NCBI GenBank assembly: GCA_963715195.1
Contig: CAVQRT010000002.1
Coordinates: 160,001 to 224,000, forward strand
DNA from: Thermodesulfovibrionales bacterium
GTDB lineage: Bacteria; Nitrospirota; Thermodesulfovibrionia; Thermodesulfovibrionales; SM23-35
DNA length: 64,000 nt
Direction of reading: 5' to 3'
The notes below the pieces were generated by a model. That model saw only the letters and a program-made list of their open reading frames with translations, had not been told where the DNA came from and searched no databases. Shown in pieces: positions 50,660 through 60,067 of this stretch. Made by a program: the position numbers and the translations under genes. Numbering within the stretch: position 1 is the stretch's first letter; each line of letters begins with the position of its first letter.

Positions 50660-50958
50660 TGGCGGATAAGAAACCTAAAAAGCAGACAGCAAAAAAAGTG
50701 CTGAAGAAAACCGTGAAGACGCCTGCCCGCAAATCTCCTCCCAGGACAAAACCGAAAGCAGTCCCAAAAAGAAAGGCCGTGAGCGGAAAACCCGCTTCTC
50801 AAAAATCTGTTCTGAAGAAGACCACAGGGAAAAAGAAGGCAAAGCAGGTTGCCCGCCAAAAAGCCGGGTCTCCCCGGCAGAAAACTGCAAAGAAGACTCC
50901 TGACCGCGAGAGCGGCAAAAATTCATCCCCGAAAAGCAGTATCCGCTGCAACCCGTAA
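50659..50958 (+). CDS. Lys/Ala/Pro-rich histone-H1-like ORF (possibly the frameshifted N-terminus of the DksA protein)
   Basis: MADKKPKKQTAKKVLKKTVKTPARK...; translationally coupled to the upstream small ORF. Confidence 0.6.
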   Translation: MADKKPKKQTAKKVLKKTVKTPARKSPPRTKPKAVPKRKAVSGKPASQKSVLKKTTGKKKAKQVARQKAGSPRQKTAKKTPDRESGKNSSPKSSIRCNP

Positions 50959-50980
50959 GCACCGGGAAAGGCTAGCCCGG

Positions 50981-51376
50981 ATGGCAGAAGAGGAGAGAAA
51001 GACTGCACTGAGAAGATCCCTCATCCAAAAAAGGGAAGAAATCGTGAGAGAAGTCAAGAATGGAATATCCAAATATATCAAGGGAGAAACACGGCAGCTT
51101 GTCGATACAGCTCTTGACGACGGTGATTGGTCGGTTGTCGACCTCTCAGAAGACATCAGTTTCAAGCACATGAGCACTCACCGCGAAAATCTCCTCAAGA
51201 TAGATGAAGCGCTCAGGAAGTTGAGTGAAGGAACCTATGGCTTCTGCGAGGATTGCGGAGAAGAAATAAGTAAGGCGCGATTAAATATTCTTCCCTTTGC
51301 CATTTTCTGCACAGACTGCCAGGAACGAAGAGAACAGCTCGAGGAAATCGAAAGAAGAGAAGGTTTCATCGGCTGA
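50981..51376 (+). CDS. DksA/TraR family C4 zinc-finger protein
   Basis: Coiled coil with DDGD tip, IDEALRKL.EGTYGFCEDCGEEI...RL..LPFAIFCTDCQ. The true start may lie upstream across a frameshift. Confidence 0.9.
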   Translation: MAEEERKTALRRSLIQKREEIVREVKNGISKYIKGETRQLVDTALDDGDWSVVDLSEDISFKHMSTHRENLLKIDEALRKLSEGTYGFCEDCGEEISKARLNILPFAIFCTDCQERREQLEEIERREGFIG

Positions 51377-51515
51377 TAACGACGTAAGGATCACGTTTAT
51401 TCATGTTTCTTGGCGTAGTGCGCAGGTCATCATTTCACGATATCTATTGCGTTCCCATCGAATTCCAAAAGTTACTATAATCTGTTTTATCCATGACAAC
51501 CGCTGTTTGAATATT

Positions 51516-51597
51516 TGTTATTATCCGGCTTGCCTGCCCGCTGTTCTTTGGGAGGTACCGGACAATCCATTTTCCCCTTCCGGATTACCCGATCAAG
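51516..51597. repeat. Composite REP-like palindromic element
   Basis: TGTTATTATCCGGCTTG-[24-nt insert]-ACCGGACAATCC...GGATTACCCGATCAAG; related to the element at 35744. Confidence 0.55.
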
Positions 51598-51652
51598 AAG
51601 GGGGCAGCTTGGTTGCCACGCGGCCTTTCTGCTAACGTTCTGAAAAGTTGTA

Positions 51653-51994
51653 TTACTTAACCTGTGGAGGCATTGAGCTATCCGGGCTACCGGGGCCGCC
51701 TCTCTTCCGCATATCATCACGGCGGTCTCTCTTCCCGGACTTATGCTTCATCCTGCATGCTCTTAATTCGTCTTGGTTCTTGGCCGACTGAACGCAGGTC
51801 TTTTCTCCCTGAAGGCTGTTTATCCGATCATCAAGCCTTTTGAGATGATCTGCTTTCCTCTGTTCAAAGTTGGCGCCGGCCCCCGTCGATGGCTGTGTCG
51901 TCCCTGCCGATGGTTGTGTCTCTTCCGCTGCGAATGCTGGTGCTGCCAGTGACAGTGACAGTAATGCTGCTACTGAAACTATTGCTCTTTTCAT
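51653..51994 (-). CDS. Small secreted/periplasmic helical protein
   Basis: AGGAGGAG RBS; signal peptide MKRAIVSVAALLSLSLAAPAFA; helical core with two Cys (KTCVQSA...RACR). Confidence 0.85.
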   Translation of the reverse strand: MKRAIVSVAALLSLSLAAPAFAAEETQPSAGTTQPSTGAGANFEQRKADHLKRLDDRINSLQGEKTCVQSAKNQDELRACRMKHKSGKRDRRDDMRKRGGPGSPDSSMPPQVK

Positions 51995-52242
51995 AACTCC
52001 TCCTGGATAGAGATTAATTTTACAATAATTAACACTACCAGAAAAATGTGAAAACATGAAGAAGAAAGTATGAAGACTGAATGAAGATTGATGAAATTGA
52101 ATACGAAAAGAAATATACATTTTAAGTAGAAATGCAGGGAGGAAAAAAACATAGTGATGTTGGGTAAAAAACCCCATCTCCTACTAGAGTAGGATTGATT
52201 TCTATTTTGATAGTGGGAATAGTAAATCAAAAGGAGGTTACT

Positions 52243-52755
52243 ATGTATGATGACAAAGTAGCAACAATTGGTGAAATTTCATACAACGAGGAAAAACTGA
52301 CCGATTTTGCAGAAAATGGGAATTTCTATAGAAAGGTTATCTTAGAATACACTGACGGTAGGTCTGTGACTGGCTATACCAATGATTTTTACCCTAATAT
52401 CTCTTTTTTCCATCTTCTCAAGCTTTCTGATGGATCAATAGATAAAGAAATGATGATCTATTTGGATGAACTCAAGAGAATCTTCTTCGAAGATAATATC
52501 AAGGAGGATACTTCTCCCTATAATCAACATCTTTCTGAAAACAAAGGAACTCCCCATGATAAATTAGAAATCGTATTTAAAGATGGAGAGATTCTTACGG
52601 GCACAATAACATACTACCGACCAAACAGCTTCGGTTTTTTCGTGTTGACAGATCAAAACAACGACCCAATGAGAGTTTTTGCGACATCTTCTGCGATAAG
52701 GGAAATACGATACGTAAATAACCTAATTCCAAAGCAAGTGAATTACAGCAATTAG
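52243..52755 (+). CDS. Protein with two tandem beta-rich repeats (DUF6982-like)
   Basis: AAGGAGG RBS; KVILEYTDGRSVTGYTNDFYP..FFHL and LEIVFKDGEILTGTITYYRP..GFFV internal duplication. Confidence 0.7.
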   Translation: MYDDKVATIGEISYNEEKLTDFAENGNFYRKVILEYTDGRSVTGYTNDFYPNISFFHLLKLSDGSIDKEMMIYLDELKRIFFEDNIKEDTSPYNQHLSENKGTPHDKLEIVFKDGEILTGTITYYRPNSFGFFVLTDQNNDPMRVFATSSAIREIRYVNNLIPKQVNYSN

Positions 52756-52792
52756 TCAGTGATCTGAGCGATATGGATAGGAATAGCCTGCG

Positions 52793-55606
52793 ATGAACAT
52801 CACAACTCTTACAAATAAAAGTGAATATCGTTTGTCTATTCATCGTATATTTCAAAAATTATTTGATATGCAAGATCGTTCCCTCAAGAATGCGTTGGAT
52901 TATGAAATCATTCGACGCATTTACATGTTCCTTTTGATCAGCATCGTTGGGATAGTCGTACTCATAGTCATGGGAATATTTGCACTAAGAGAAAATCATA
53001 CGATTCTCGGGGTACTAGATCTTTCTTTAGCTGCCATATTGACCCTGAATATTGTTCATGCAAGATACAAAAAGAATTTCCCAATCAATATGTATGTTGG
53101 AATAGTGTTTACAGCTATTCTGTTCATTTTTGCCCTTTTGACTGGTGGAGCAAACAACTCTTCCTTTGTCTGGTATTTTACTTTCCCTTTGATAGCATCT
53201 TTTCTGCTTGGATCAAAAAAGGGCGCATTTGCCGCTGCATTAATATTTGTCCCAGCTCTTACGTTATTTATTAGTAAGGATCTTCCCCCTTCTTTTGCTC
53301 ATTATAGCTTGGACTTAAAGCTGCGTTTCACGGGCTCATTTTTTGTTGTAGCCAGCTTTGCTTATTTTTTTGAATATATCCGTGAAAAAAATACGAAGGA
53401 ACTGCAAAAAGCACATGACGAGTTGGAAAACAGAGTTCATCAACGTACTGCCGAGCTTCACACAGTAAATGAGGAAAGGGAAAAGATCAATAGGGAACTG
53501 AGCAAGGGTCTATCAGAAACGTTTGAAGCATTAAAGAAAATTGCCTCAGGAGATCCTACGGTAAGAATATCTGAAAAATCCGACATCGAATTGATCAAGG
53601 AATTAAAACAAACCGTCAATATCACCGCGAAAGAAATTGGAGAAATGGTTGAACAATCTCATGAAATTGCGATAAGTCTCGCAGAGCAATTTGACGTGTT
53701 GCAAAAAGTTTCCAAAGGCGACCTGAATGCGAGGTTGGAGGGACATTTCAGTTCAGAACTATCTGAAGCTCTGAAAAAAGTAACGAACGGGATGATTCAA
53801 AACATAAAGTCATCACAGAGGTCATTACAAGAAAGCGAAGAAAAGTACAGTAGTCTTTTCAGAAGTTCTAATGACGCAATCTTCGTACATGATTTAGAAG
53901 GAAATATCATAGATTCAAATCAGAAAGTTTTGGATCAGTTTGGATACACCAAGACACAGATATTTTCACTGAACATGCTAAACCTTTTCCCGATAGCGAC
54001 ATATGGAGAATACAAAAAAGCTCTTGGAAATATTCGTAAAGAAGGTTCTTTTAACTTCGAGATTGATTTCAGGAGGAATAATGGAGAAATATTCGCCGCA
54101 GAAGTATCATCGGGTCTCTTTGAATTGAGAGGCAGACAGGTAATTCAAAGTATTGTCCGAGACGTAACGGAGCGAAAACAGGCACTAGAACAAATATCTT
54201 ATATGGCGTATCACGATACCTTAACTAAATTGCCAAACCGCCTTTTGATGAAAGACCGGCTGAAACAGGCACTTAATTCTGCTCACCAATATGATCGACT
54301 GGTGGCTGTTTTATTTCTCGATCTCGACAATTTCAAGCGCATCAATGACACTCTCGGTCACGATGTCGGTGATCTTCTCTTAAAAGAGGTTTCTGCCCGG
54401 TTAGTGAAGCTTATTCGAAAAAGTGACTCTCTTGCTCGTCTCAGCGGTGACCAAATTGCACCTACTGTTGCACGTTTAGGAGGGGACGAGTTTACTTTTA
54501 TACTCACTGAAATCAAAGAAATATCAGGTGCAGCTAAAGTAGCACAGCGTATTCTTGAAACTTTTAAGGAACCATTTATAGTGAGACATCATGAGGTGTT
54601 CGTTTCTGCGAGTATTGGTGTATCTGTATATCCGCACGATGGGGACAATGAAGAAATCCTCATCAAAAATGCTGATACAGCTATGTACCATGCTAAAACA
54701 CAGGGCAAAAACAATTACCAATTTTATAAGGAGTCGATGAATCTTACCATCCTTGAACGAATTTCCCTGGAAAATGAACTGAGGAAGGCGATAAATCTGA
54801 ATGAGTTTGAATTGTACTACCAACCCCAGGTAGATATTAACAATTGCCAAGTTGTTGGGATAGAAGCATTAATACGGTGGAAGCACCCGGAAAAAGGGAT
54901 TCTCTTGCCGGATACATTCATCCCGCTTGCAGAGGAAGCCGGTCTCATGATTCCCCTTGGTGAATGGATTCTGTATAATGCCTGCGCACAAAACAGAGCC
55001 TTGCAAAAAGCTGGTTTTGACCCAATACCTGTAGCAGTTAATATTTCCGGATTCCAATTCAAACAAGCAAATTTCGTAGAAACAGTAGAAAAGATCCTGC
55101 AAGATACGCATTTAGATCCAAAGTATCTTGAATTGGAACTTACAGAAAGCATATTAATGGAAAATATGGAGACAACCATTACCGCTTTACATACTCTAAA
55201 ATCTATGGGGCTACAAATTGCAATCGATGATTTCGGCACTGGATATTCTTCTTTGAGTTATTTAAAGCATTTCCCGATAGATACTTTGAAAATCGATCAA
55301 TCTTTTGTGAAAGATCTCACCACGGAGACTGACGATAAAGCTATTATTAATGCGATCATAGCTCTTGCACGGGGTCTTAACGTTAAGGTTGTCGCTGAAG
55401 GTGTGGAAACAGAACAGCAACTATCATTTCTCCGCAAACAAGAAAGCAATGGAATACAAGGACAAGGCTTTCTATTCAGCCCACCCCTGCAATCGGATTC
55501 ACTGATAGAGTTTTTGGAGGAAAAAGGCAGTCTTAACAATTGGCCTGTCTCAACACGAAAAATCATTAATCGTTCTAGTGAACCAGTACTGTCTTGTCAG
55601 ACATAA
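52793..55606 (+). CDS. Membrane sensor - HAMP-like - PAS - GGDEF - EAL protein
   Basis: About 5 TM; PAS (SNDAIFVHD...VRDVTERK); LGGDEF; IEALIRW, ELTES, IDDFGTGYSSL, VAEGVE. Confidence 0.95.
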   Translation: MNITTLTNKSEYRLSIHRIFQKLFDMQDRSLKNALDYEIIRRIYMFLLISIVGIVVLIVMGIFALRENHTILGVLDLSLAAILTLNIVHARYKKNFPINMYVGIVFTAILFIFALLTGGANNSSFVWYFTFPLIASFLLGSKKGAFAAALIFVPALTLFISKDLPPSFAHYSLDLKLRFTGSFFVVASFAYFFEYIREKNTKELQKAHDELENRVHQRTAELHTVNEEREKINRELSKGLSETFEALKKIASGDPTVRISEKSDIELIKELKQTVNITAKEIGEMVEQSHEIAISLAEQFDVLQKVSKGDLNARLEGHFSSELSEALKKVTNGMIQNIKSSQRSLQESEEKYSSLFRSSNDAIFVHDLEGNIIDSNQKVLDQFGYTKTQIFSLNMLNLFPIATYGEYKKALGNIRKEGSFNFEIDFRRNNGEIFAAEVSSGLFELRGRQVIQSIVRDVTERKQALEQISYMAYHDTLTKLPNRLLMKDRLKQALNSAHQYDRLVAVLFLDLDNFKRINDTLGHDVGDLLLKEVSARLVKLIRKSDSLARLSGDQIAPTVARLGGDEFTFILTEIKEISGAAKVAQRILETFKEPFIVRHHEVFVSASIGVSVYPHDGDNEEILIKNADTAMYHAKTQGKNNYQFYKESMNLTILERISLENELRKAINLNEFELYYQPQVDINNCQVVGIEALIRWKHPEKGILLPDTFIPLAEEAGLMIPLGEWILYNACAQNRALQKAGFDPIPVAVNISGFQFKQANFVETVEKILQDTHLDPKYLELELTESILMENMETTITALHTLKSMGLQIAIDDFGTGYSSLSYLKHFPIDTLKIDQSFVKDLTTETDDKAIINAIIALARGLNVKVVAEGVETEQQLSFLRKQESNGIQGQGFLFSPPLQSDSLIEFLEEKGSLNNWPVSTRKIINRSSEPVLSCQT

Positions 55607-55796
55607 TAATCACAAAGCAATTATTTTTCTTTCATTTGTAGCTATTTCCCGAACTCTTTTAGCCGCATTTCTTATGTCAATTTACGGCATTACCAGCTCA
55701 TTCCTTGATCTAACCCTTGGTTGCCGAAATACATCTGCTCAAGTAAAATTCTATAACCTTATGATATATAAACGATTTTCTCCTTTCTCAATGAAA

Positions 55797-55812
55797 TGGC
55801 ATATTCGTTGCT
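55797..55812 (+). promoter_or_regulatory. Sigma-54 (-24/-12) promoter
   Basis: TGGCATATTCGTTGCT (GG-N10-GC) upstream of the 55939 gene. Confidence 0.7.
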
Positions 55813-55938
55813 TTGATTATTGTTTCAGAGTATTTAAAGGAGGACAGGATTGCAGTTTAAGAGTTCTTTGCTTGTTTTGAGCCACATCTTAGTATTCCTC
55901 ATCTTGCCGCCATCCGCCCAATCACAGGAGACGACGAA

Positions 55939-57621
55939 GTGAATACAGTGCCTGATTTCATCTTTCAAGTCAGTAGTGACGGTATTATACTGGATTTCAT
56001 TGGTCGCAAAGACAGTAGCGTAGTACCGGCTCATGATGTAATCTTAGGCAGATCAATAGCTGATTTCATGCCGTCTCTCGCTCTACCGATTATGGATTTT
56101 GCCGAACAGGCACTTCGTGCCGGAGAAACCCGGAAGTTCGAGAGCGATTTCGGATTCTCCTGTAATGACTGCGCGTACGAGGTGAAGCTTTTTGTCAGCG
56201 GGGAAGACAAGATACTGGCGCTTGTATATGGTGTAACCTGTCATAGTACAGGAAACCCGCTTATCGGTTCCCAAGTGTATCAGGATGCCCTCACGAATTT
56301 GCCGAACCGTTATCTCTTTCAGGACCGACTGAAAAATGCCGTTGCGCATGCTGCACGGAAACAGCGGATAGTTGCTTTGCTGCATATTGATCTGGACAAT
56401 TTCAAGCAGATCAATGAAACACTTGGGTATGATGTTGGCGACCGGTTATTGTATAGTGTTGCGGACCGATTGATGACTTCTTTGAGGAAAACGGATACGA
56501 TAACCCGCTTTTTAACAGAAGATACCGAGTCACTCATGGCACGAGTCGGTGGGGATGAATTCACCATACTGCTGACCGAAATCACGAAGATTGAAGATGC
56601 TGCACTGGTATGCAAGCGCATTATCAGTTTACTGTCGGAGCCTTTCATTATCGAGAGGGAGGAGATCTTTGTTACTGCAAGCATTGGTATCTCTGTATAT
56701 CCTGTTGATAGCAATGACATGAACTCGCTCCTTAGAAATGCTGATATTGCAATGAACCAGGCAAAAAAAGAGGGGAAAAACACATATCAGTATTATTCAG
56801 AATCACTGAATACCTCCACGCTTGAGCGTTTTACGATAGAGACCAAACTTCGCAAGGCGCTGGAGCAGAATGAGTTCATGCTGTTCTACCAACCACAGAT
56901 TGATGTATCGACAGGTCGAATTATCGGCGTGGAAGCATTAATCCGCTGGTTGCAGCCCGATCTTATTCTGGTCAAGCCAGGAAAGTTCATACCGGTGACT
57001 GAGGAAACAGGACTGATTATTCCAATTGGAGAATGGATATTGCGTTCTGCATGTACACAAAACAAAGCATGGCAAAACGAGGGAATTGAGCCATTCAATA
57101 TGACAGTCAATATATCGGGGATTCAATTCCAGCAGGATAGTTTTATTGAGATGGTGGCACAGGCAGTATACGACAGCGATATTGACCCATCGTTCCTGAA
57201 GCTGGAGCTGACGGAGAGCATTCTCATGAAAAATTCAAAAAATACGATAAAAAAGATGAATTTATTGAAAGAGATGGGGATACAGATATCAATAGATGAT
57301 TTCGGTACCGGATATTCCTCTCTGAGTTATCTTAAACGCTTCCCGGTTGAAATATTGAAGATTGACCGTTCCTTTGTACAGGATATCGCGAAAGACGAAG
57401 ATGATCAGTCGATTGTCAGGGCAATCATTGCCCTGGCGCATAACCTGAATATAAAAGTTATTGCTGAGGGAGTAGAAACAAAGAAACAGCTGGGATTACT
57501 GCAGGGATATGGATGCGATGGTGCACAGGGATACCTCATCTGTCCTCCAATAAACCCAGTTTCATTGGAACAATTTATCAAAGAGAGAACCGCTATCCAT
57601 TTATCAAGGAAGTCATTGTGA
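55939..57621 (+). CDS. PAS-like - GGDEF - EAL protein
   Basis: AGGAG RBS plus GTG start; VPDFIFQVSSDG PAS start, VGGDEF, VEALIRW, IDDFGTGYSSL. Confidence 0.94.
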   Translation: MNTVPDFIFQVSSDGIILDFIGRKDSSVVPAHDVILGRSIADFMPSLALPIMDFAEQALRAGETRKFESDFGFSCNDCAYEVKLFVSGEDKILALVYGVTCHSTGNPLIGSQVYQDALTNLPNRYLFQDRLKNAVAHAARKQRIVALLHIDLDNFKQINETLGYDVGDRLLYSVADRLMTSLRKTDTITRFLTEDTESLMARVGGDEFTILLTEITKIEDAALVCKRIISLLSEPFIIEREEIFVTASIGISVYPVDSNDMNSLLRNADIAMNQAKKEGKNTYQYYSESLNTSTLERFTIETKLRKALEQNEFMLFYQPQIDVSTGRIIGVEALIRWLQPDLILVKPGKFIPVTEETGLIIPIGEWILRSACTQNKAWQNEGIEPFNMTVNISGIQFQQDSFIEMVAQAVYDSDIDPSFLKLELTESILMKNSKNTIKKMNLLKEMGIQISIDDFGTGYSSLSYLKRFPVEILKIDRSFVQDIAKDEDDQSIVRAIIALAHNLNIKVIAEGVETKKQLGLLQGYGCDGAQGYLICPPINPVSLEQFIKERTAIHLSRKSL

Positions 57622-57846
57622 CGCTTGCATCAGCTAATTTCTCTTCTGTATCCTCTTGTTCTGTTTTTTAAAGAACAACAAGAACCGTGATGAACATAGG
57701 GAAAATGTGAAATTTCTTCCAGTAATACATATCAGTATATATCATAAGCCCATGGAAATAATGACATAATTTGTCATTACTCCTTCCTTTTATGCAGCTA
57801 ATTCATATTTTCCTCGATAAATCAATGCGTTCCAATTTACTCAAGC

Positions 57847-57862
57847 TGGCATGATAAATGCT
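57847..57862 (+). promoter_or_regulatory. Sigma-54 (-24/-12) promoter
   Basis: TGGCATGATAAATGCT (GG-N10-GC) about 40 nt upstream of the 57903 start. Confidence 0.65.
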
Positions 57863-57902
57863 TCCATATTAAGCTGATAGTAACATAAAGTAAAACGCAA
57901 CT

Positions 57903-60029
57903 ATGGAAACGATCGAAAAAGAAGTCACTCAATATAATCTCCCACAAATACTGTTTGATCTTCACAGGAGCAAGAAAACGGGCACGTTAAGCGTCCGTAC
58001 CTTGGTTATTACAAAAAGAATTTACTTCAAAAAGGGGAACGCAATTTTTGCTTCCTCAACAAGCGAAGATGACAGACTGGGTGAGACGCTCATCAAACTC
58101 GGGCAGATTAGCTATAAGCAGTATGAAGAGTCCGTAGAACTCCTCAAGGAAACAGGGAAGAAGCAGGGTGCGATACTTGTTGAACTGGGGTATCTAACAC
58201 CCAAAGATTTGATTTTGGCAGTCCAATATCAGGTCAGGGAGATAATCTACAGTCTTTTCCAGCTCAAAGACGCAGAATATGAATTTGAGGAGGAGAAAAT
58301 ACCTTCAAGCGAGGTAATAACCCTGAACATTAGCATGGGAAAACTCATCTATGAAGGGTTGATGAGAAGTAATAATCTTTCCATGATAAGGAGAGAAATG
58401 CCAGATATGCAGGCTATCCTGCAGCAAAGCGCGAATCCCTCAGACCTTTTGAAGGATATCGTACTCAGTCCCCAAGATGAAGAAATGCTTTCCTCAATAG
58501 ACGGGACAGCGACCGTCAGTGATCTTATTAAGCGTTCCTCTTCTAAGTCTTTTGAAGCACTCAAATCCCTCTATGTCCTGCGTACACTCGGCTTTATCGA
58601 AGAACAAAAAGCGGTATTCAATGAGGTAGTCAATAAGGTAGTGGAGAACATTCCGTCGGCTGAAATAGGAGAAGCATATCCCGAAGAGGGTGTTCTTAAC
58701 GATGACCTTCCGGAAAAACCGCTTGAGTTTATTTCCTCAGATACGAAGGAAGAGGTCTCGCCTTCCGGTGAAAGAAATGTCCAATCAGAAGCTGGGAAGT
58801 GGTGGGATGTAAACACCGCGGAAACAGAAGCATCATCGGGAACCGCGGAAGGAGAAGCATCATCGGAAGCCATTGATGAACCAGCAGAACTAAAAGACGT
58901 AGAGGAAATTCGCGACAGGAGGCGGCATAAGAGATTTAAACTTGAAGGCGCTGAGGTGAATGGCGAGATGCTGTTCAGAAAAGAAGTGAAAGTGCTTGAT
59001 ATGAGCATGAGTGGCATTTCATTACAGACTGATAGGCAACTCAAGATAGGAAGAGAATATCTGCTGAATCTTCAAGATGAGGACAAGATTATTTCCGTAA
59101 AGGCAATGGTTGTAAGGTCAACGTTAAGCGAATCAAGGGCTGAAGACAGTGGTGATGTTATCCCTCTCTATTTAGTTGGCATGCAATTCATAAATCTATC
59201 GGACGAGAAGATCAATGAAATCATACAGTTTATCGATAACTATAAGACAGGTGATCAAGCCAAAATTAAAACCAATGGAAAGATGGAGCAAAGGAAAAGC
59301 ACCAGATTCGAGATGAATGTTGACGGCAAGACCGTGTTGAACTTTCAAGAACTGTACAAGGTAAAGGTGATCAGCCTCAATGGCATGCTCATTGACAGTT
59401 CGCATTTTCTGAACATTGAAGACAAATTACACATGAAGATTATCTTTCCGCAAGATAAGATGATAGTTTTTGTTGGGAGGGTTGCATCGTGTTCCGAAAA
59501 AGGCGAAGGGGACCAGAAACGCTACGATATTGGGATAGAGTTTATTGAGATGTCAGAGGAACACAGGGAAACACTCAAAGAATTTTTCGAGAATATCGAG
59601 GATATTCGAAAATGTGACATTACAGCCGTTCAGACTGAGGCACCGGAAAAGGAGGAAACATCCAAAACGGGCAGCCTGGATACCGGTGATGCAGACCTAT
59701 ACATATTGCAGGGGAAATATGCGGATGCCATGGCGATCTACCAAGAACTGCTCTCCAGAGACCCTGAAAATGTTCATGTTCTGAAGCGCATAGAAGCACT
59801 CGCAACACTCATAACGAACTTGAAGGATGAAAAGGAGAGACCTCCCAGGGCATCGGGAGCTCTTAATGCTGAGACGACAGAGGTGAGAAAGAGACAAACT
59901 AATGGGAAGCTTTCAACAAATAGGAGCGCTAAACAAGACAAATCCAGGAAAAACGGCACACCATCCCGGTGGTATAGAAAAATTGTAAGGCGAATCATGC
60001 CAGGCCTTTCTGCAAATTCGCCTAAATAA
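57903..60029 (+). CDS. DUF4388 (PatA-N-like) - acidic linker - two PilZ - TPR-like protein
   Basis: KKTGTL..IYFKKG..IFASS..DRLGETL (DUF4388). PilZ1 has RRRHKRF/DMSMSG; PilZ2 has QRKSTRF/ISLNG. ADLYILQGKYADAMAIYQELL..DP is TPR-like. Confidence 0.85.
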   Translation: METIEKEVTQYNLPQILFDLHRSKKTGTLSVRTLVITKRIYFKKGNAIFASSTSEDDRLGETLIKLGQISYKQYEESVELLKETGKKQGAILVELGYLTPKDLILAVQYQVREIIYSLFQLKDAEYEFEEEKIPSSEVITLNISMGKLIYEGLMRSNNLSMIRREMPDMQAILQQSANPSDLLKDIVLSPQDEEMLSSIDGTATVSDLIKRSSSKSFEALKSLYVLRTLGFIEEQKAVFNEVVNKVVENIPSAEIGEAYPEEGVLNDDLPEKPLEFISSDTKEEVSPSGERNVQSEAGKWWDVNTAETEASSGTAEGEASSEAIDEPAELKDVEEIRDRRRHKRFKLEGAEVNGEMLFRKEVKVLDMSMSGISLQTDRQLKIGREYLLNLQDEDKIISVKAMVVRSTLSESRAEDSGDVIPLYLVGMQFINLSDEKINEIIQFIDNYKTGDQAKIKTNGKMEQRKSTRFEMNVDGKTVLNFQELYKVKVISLNGMLIDSSHFLNIEDKLHMKIIFPQDKMIVFVGRVASCSEKGEGDQKRYDIGIEFIEMSEEHRETLKEFFENIEDIRKCDITAVQTEAPEKEETSKTGSLDTGDADLYILQGKYADAMAIYQELLSRDPENVHVLKRIEALATLITNLKDEKERPPRASGALNAETTEVRKRQTNGKLSTNRSAKQDKSRKNGTPSRWYRKIVRRIMPGLSANSPK
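58815..58868 (+). repeat. 27-bp in-frame tandem duplication
   Basis: ACCGCGGAAACAGAAGCATCATCGGGA / ACCGCGGAAGGAGAAGCATCATCGGAA (TAETEASSG/TAEGEASSE). Confidence 0.85.
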
Positions 60030-60067
60030 GGCAGGGCCAACAGAATCATTTCCCACAAATTTGAGGC

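Noticed and set aside
51995..52177. 61-residue Phe-rich extension of the secreted protein ORF
   Set aside because: A strong RBS and signal peptide mark ATG 51994 as the start; the extension is AT-rich promoter DNA.
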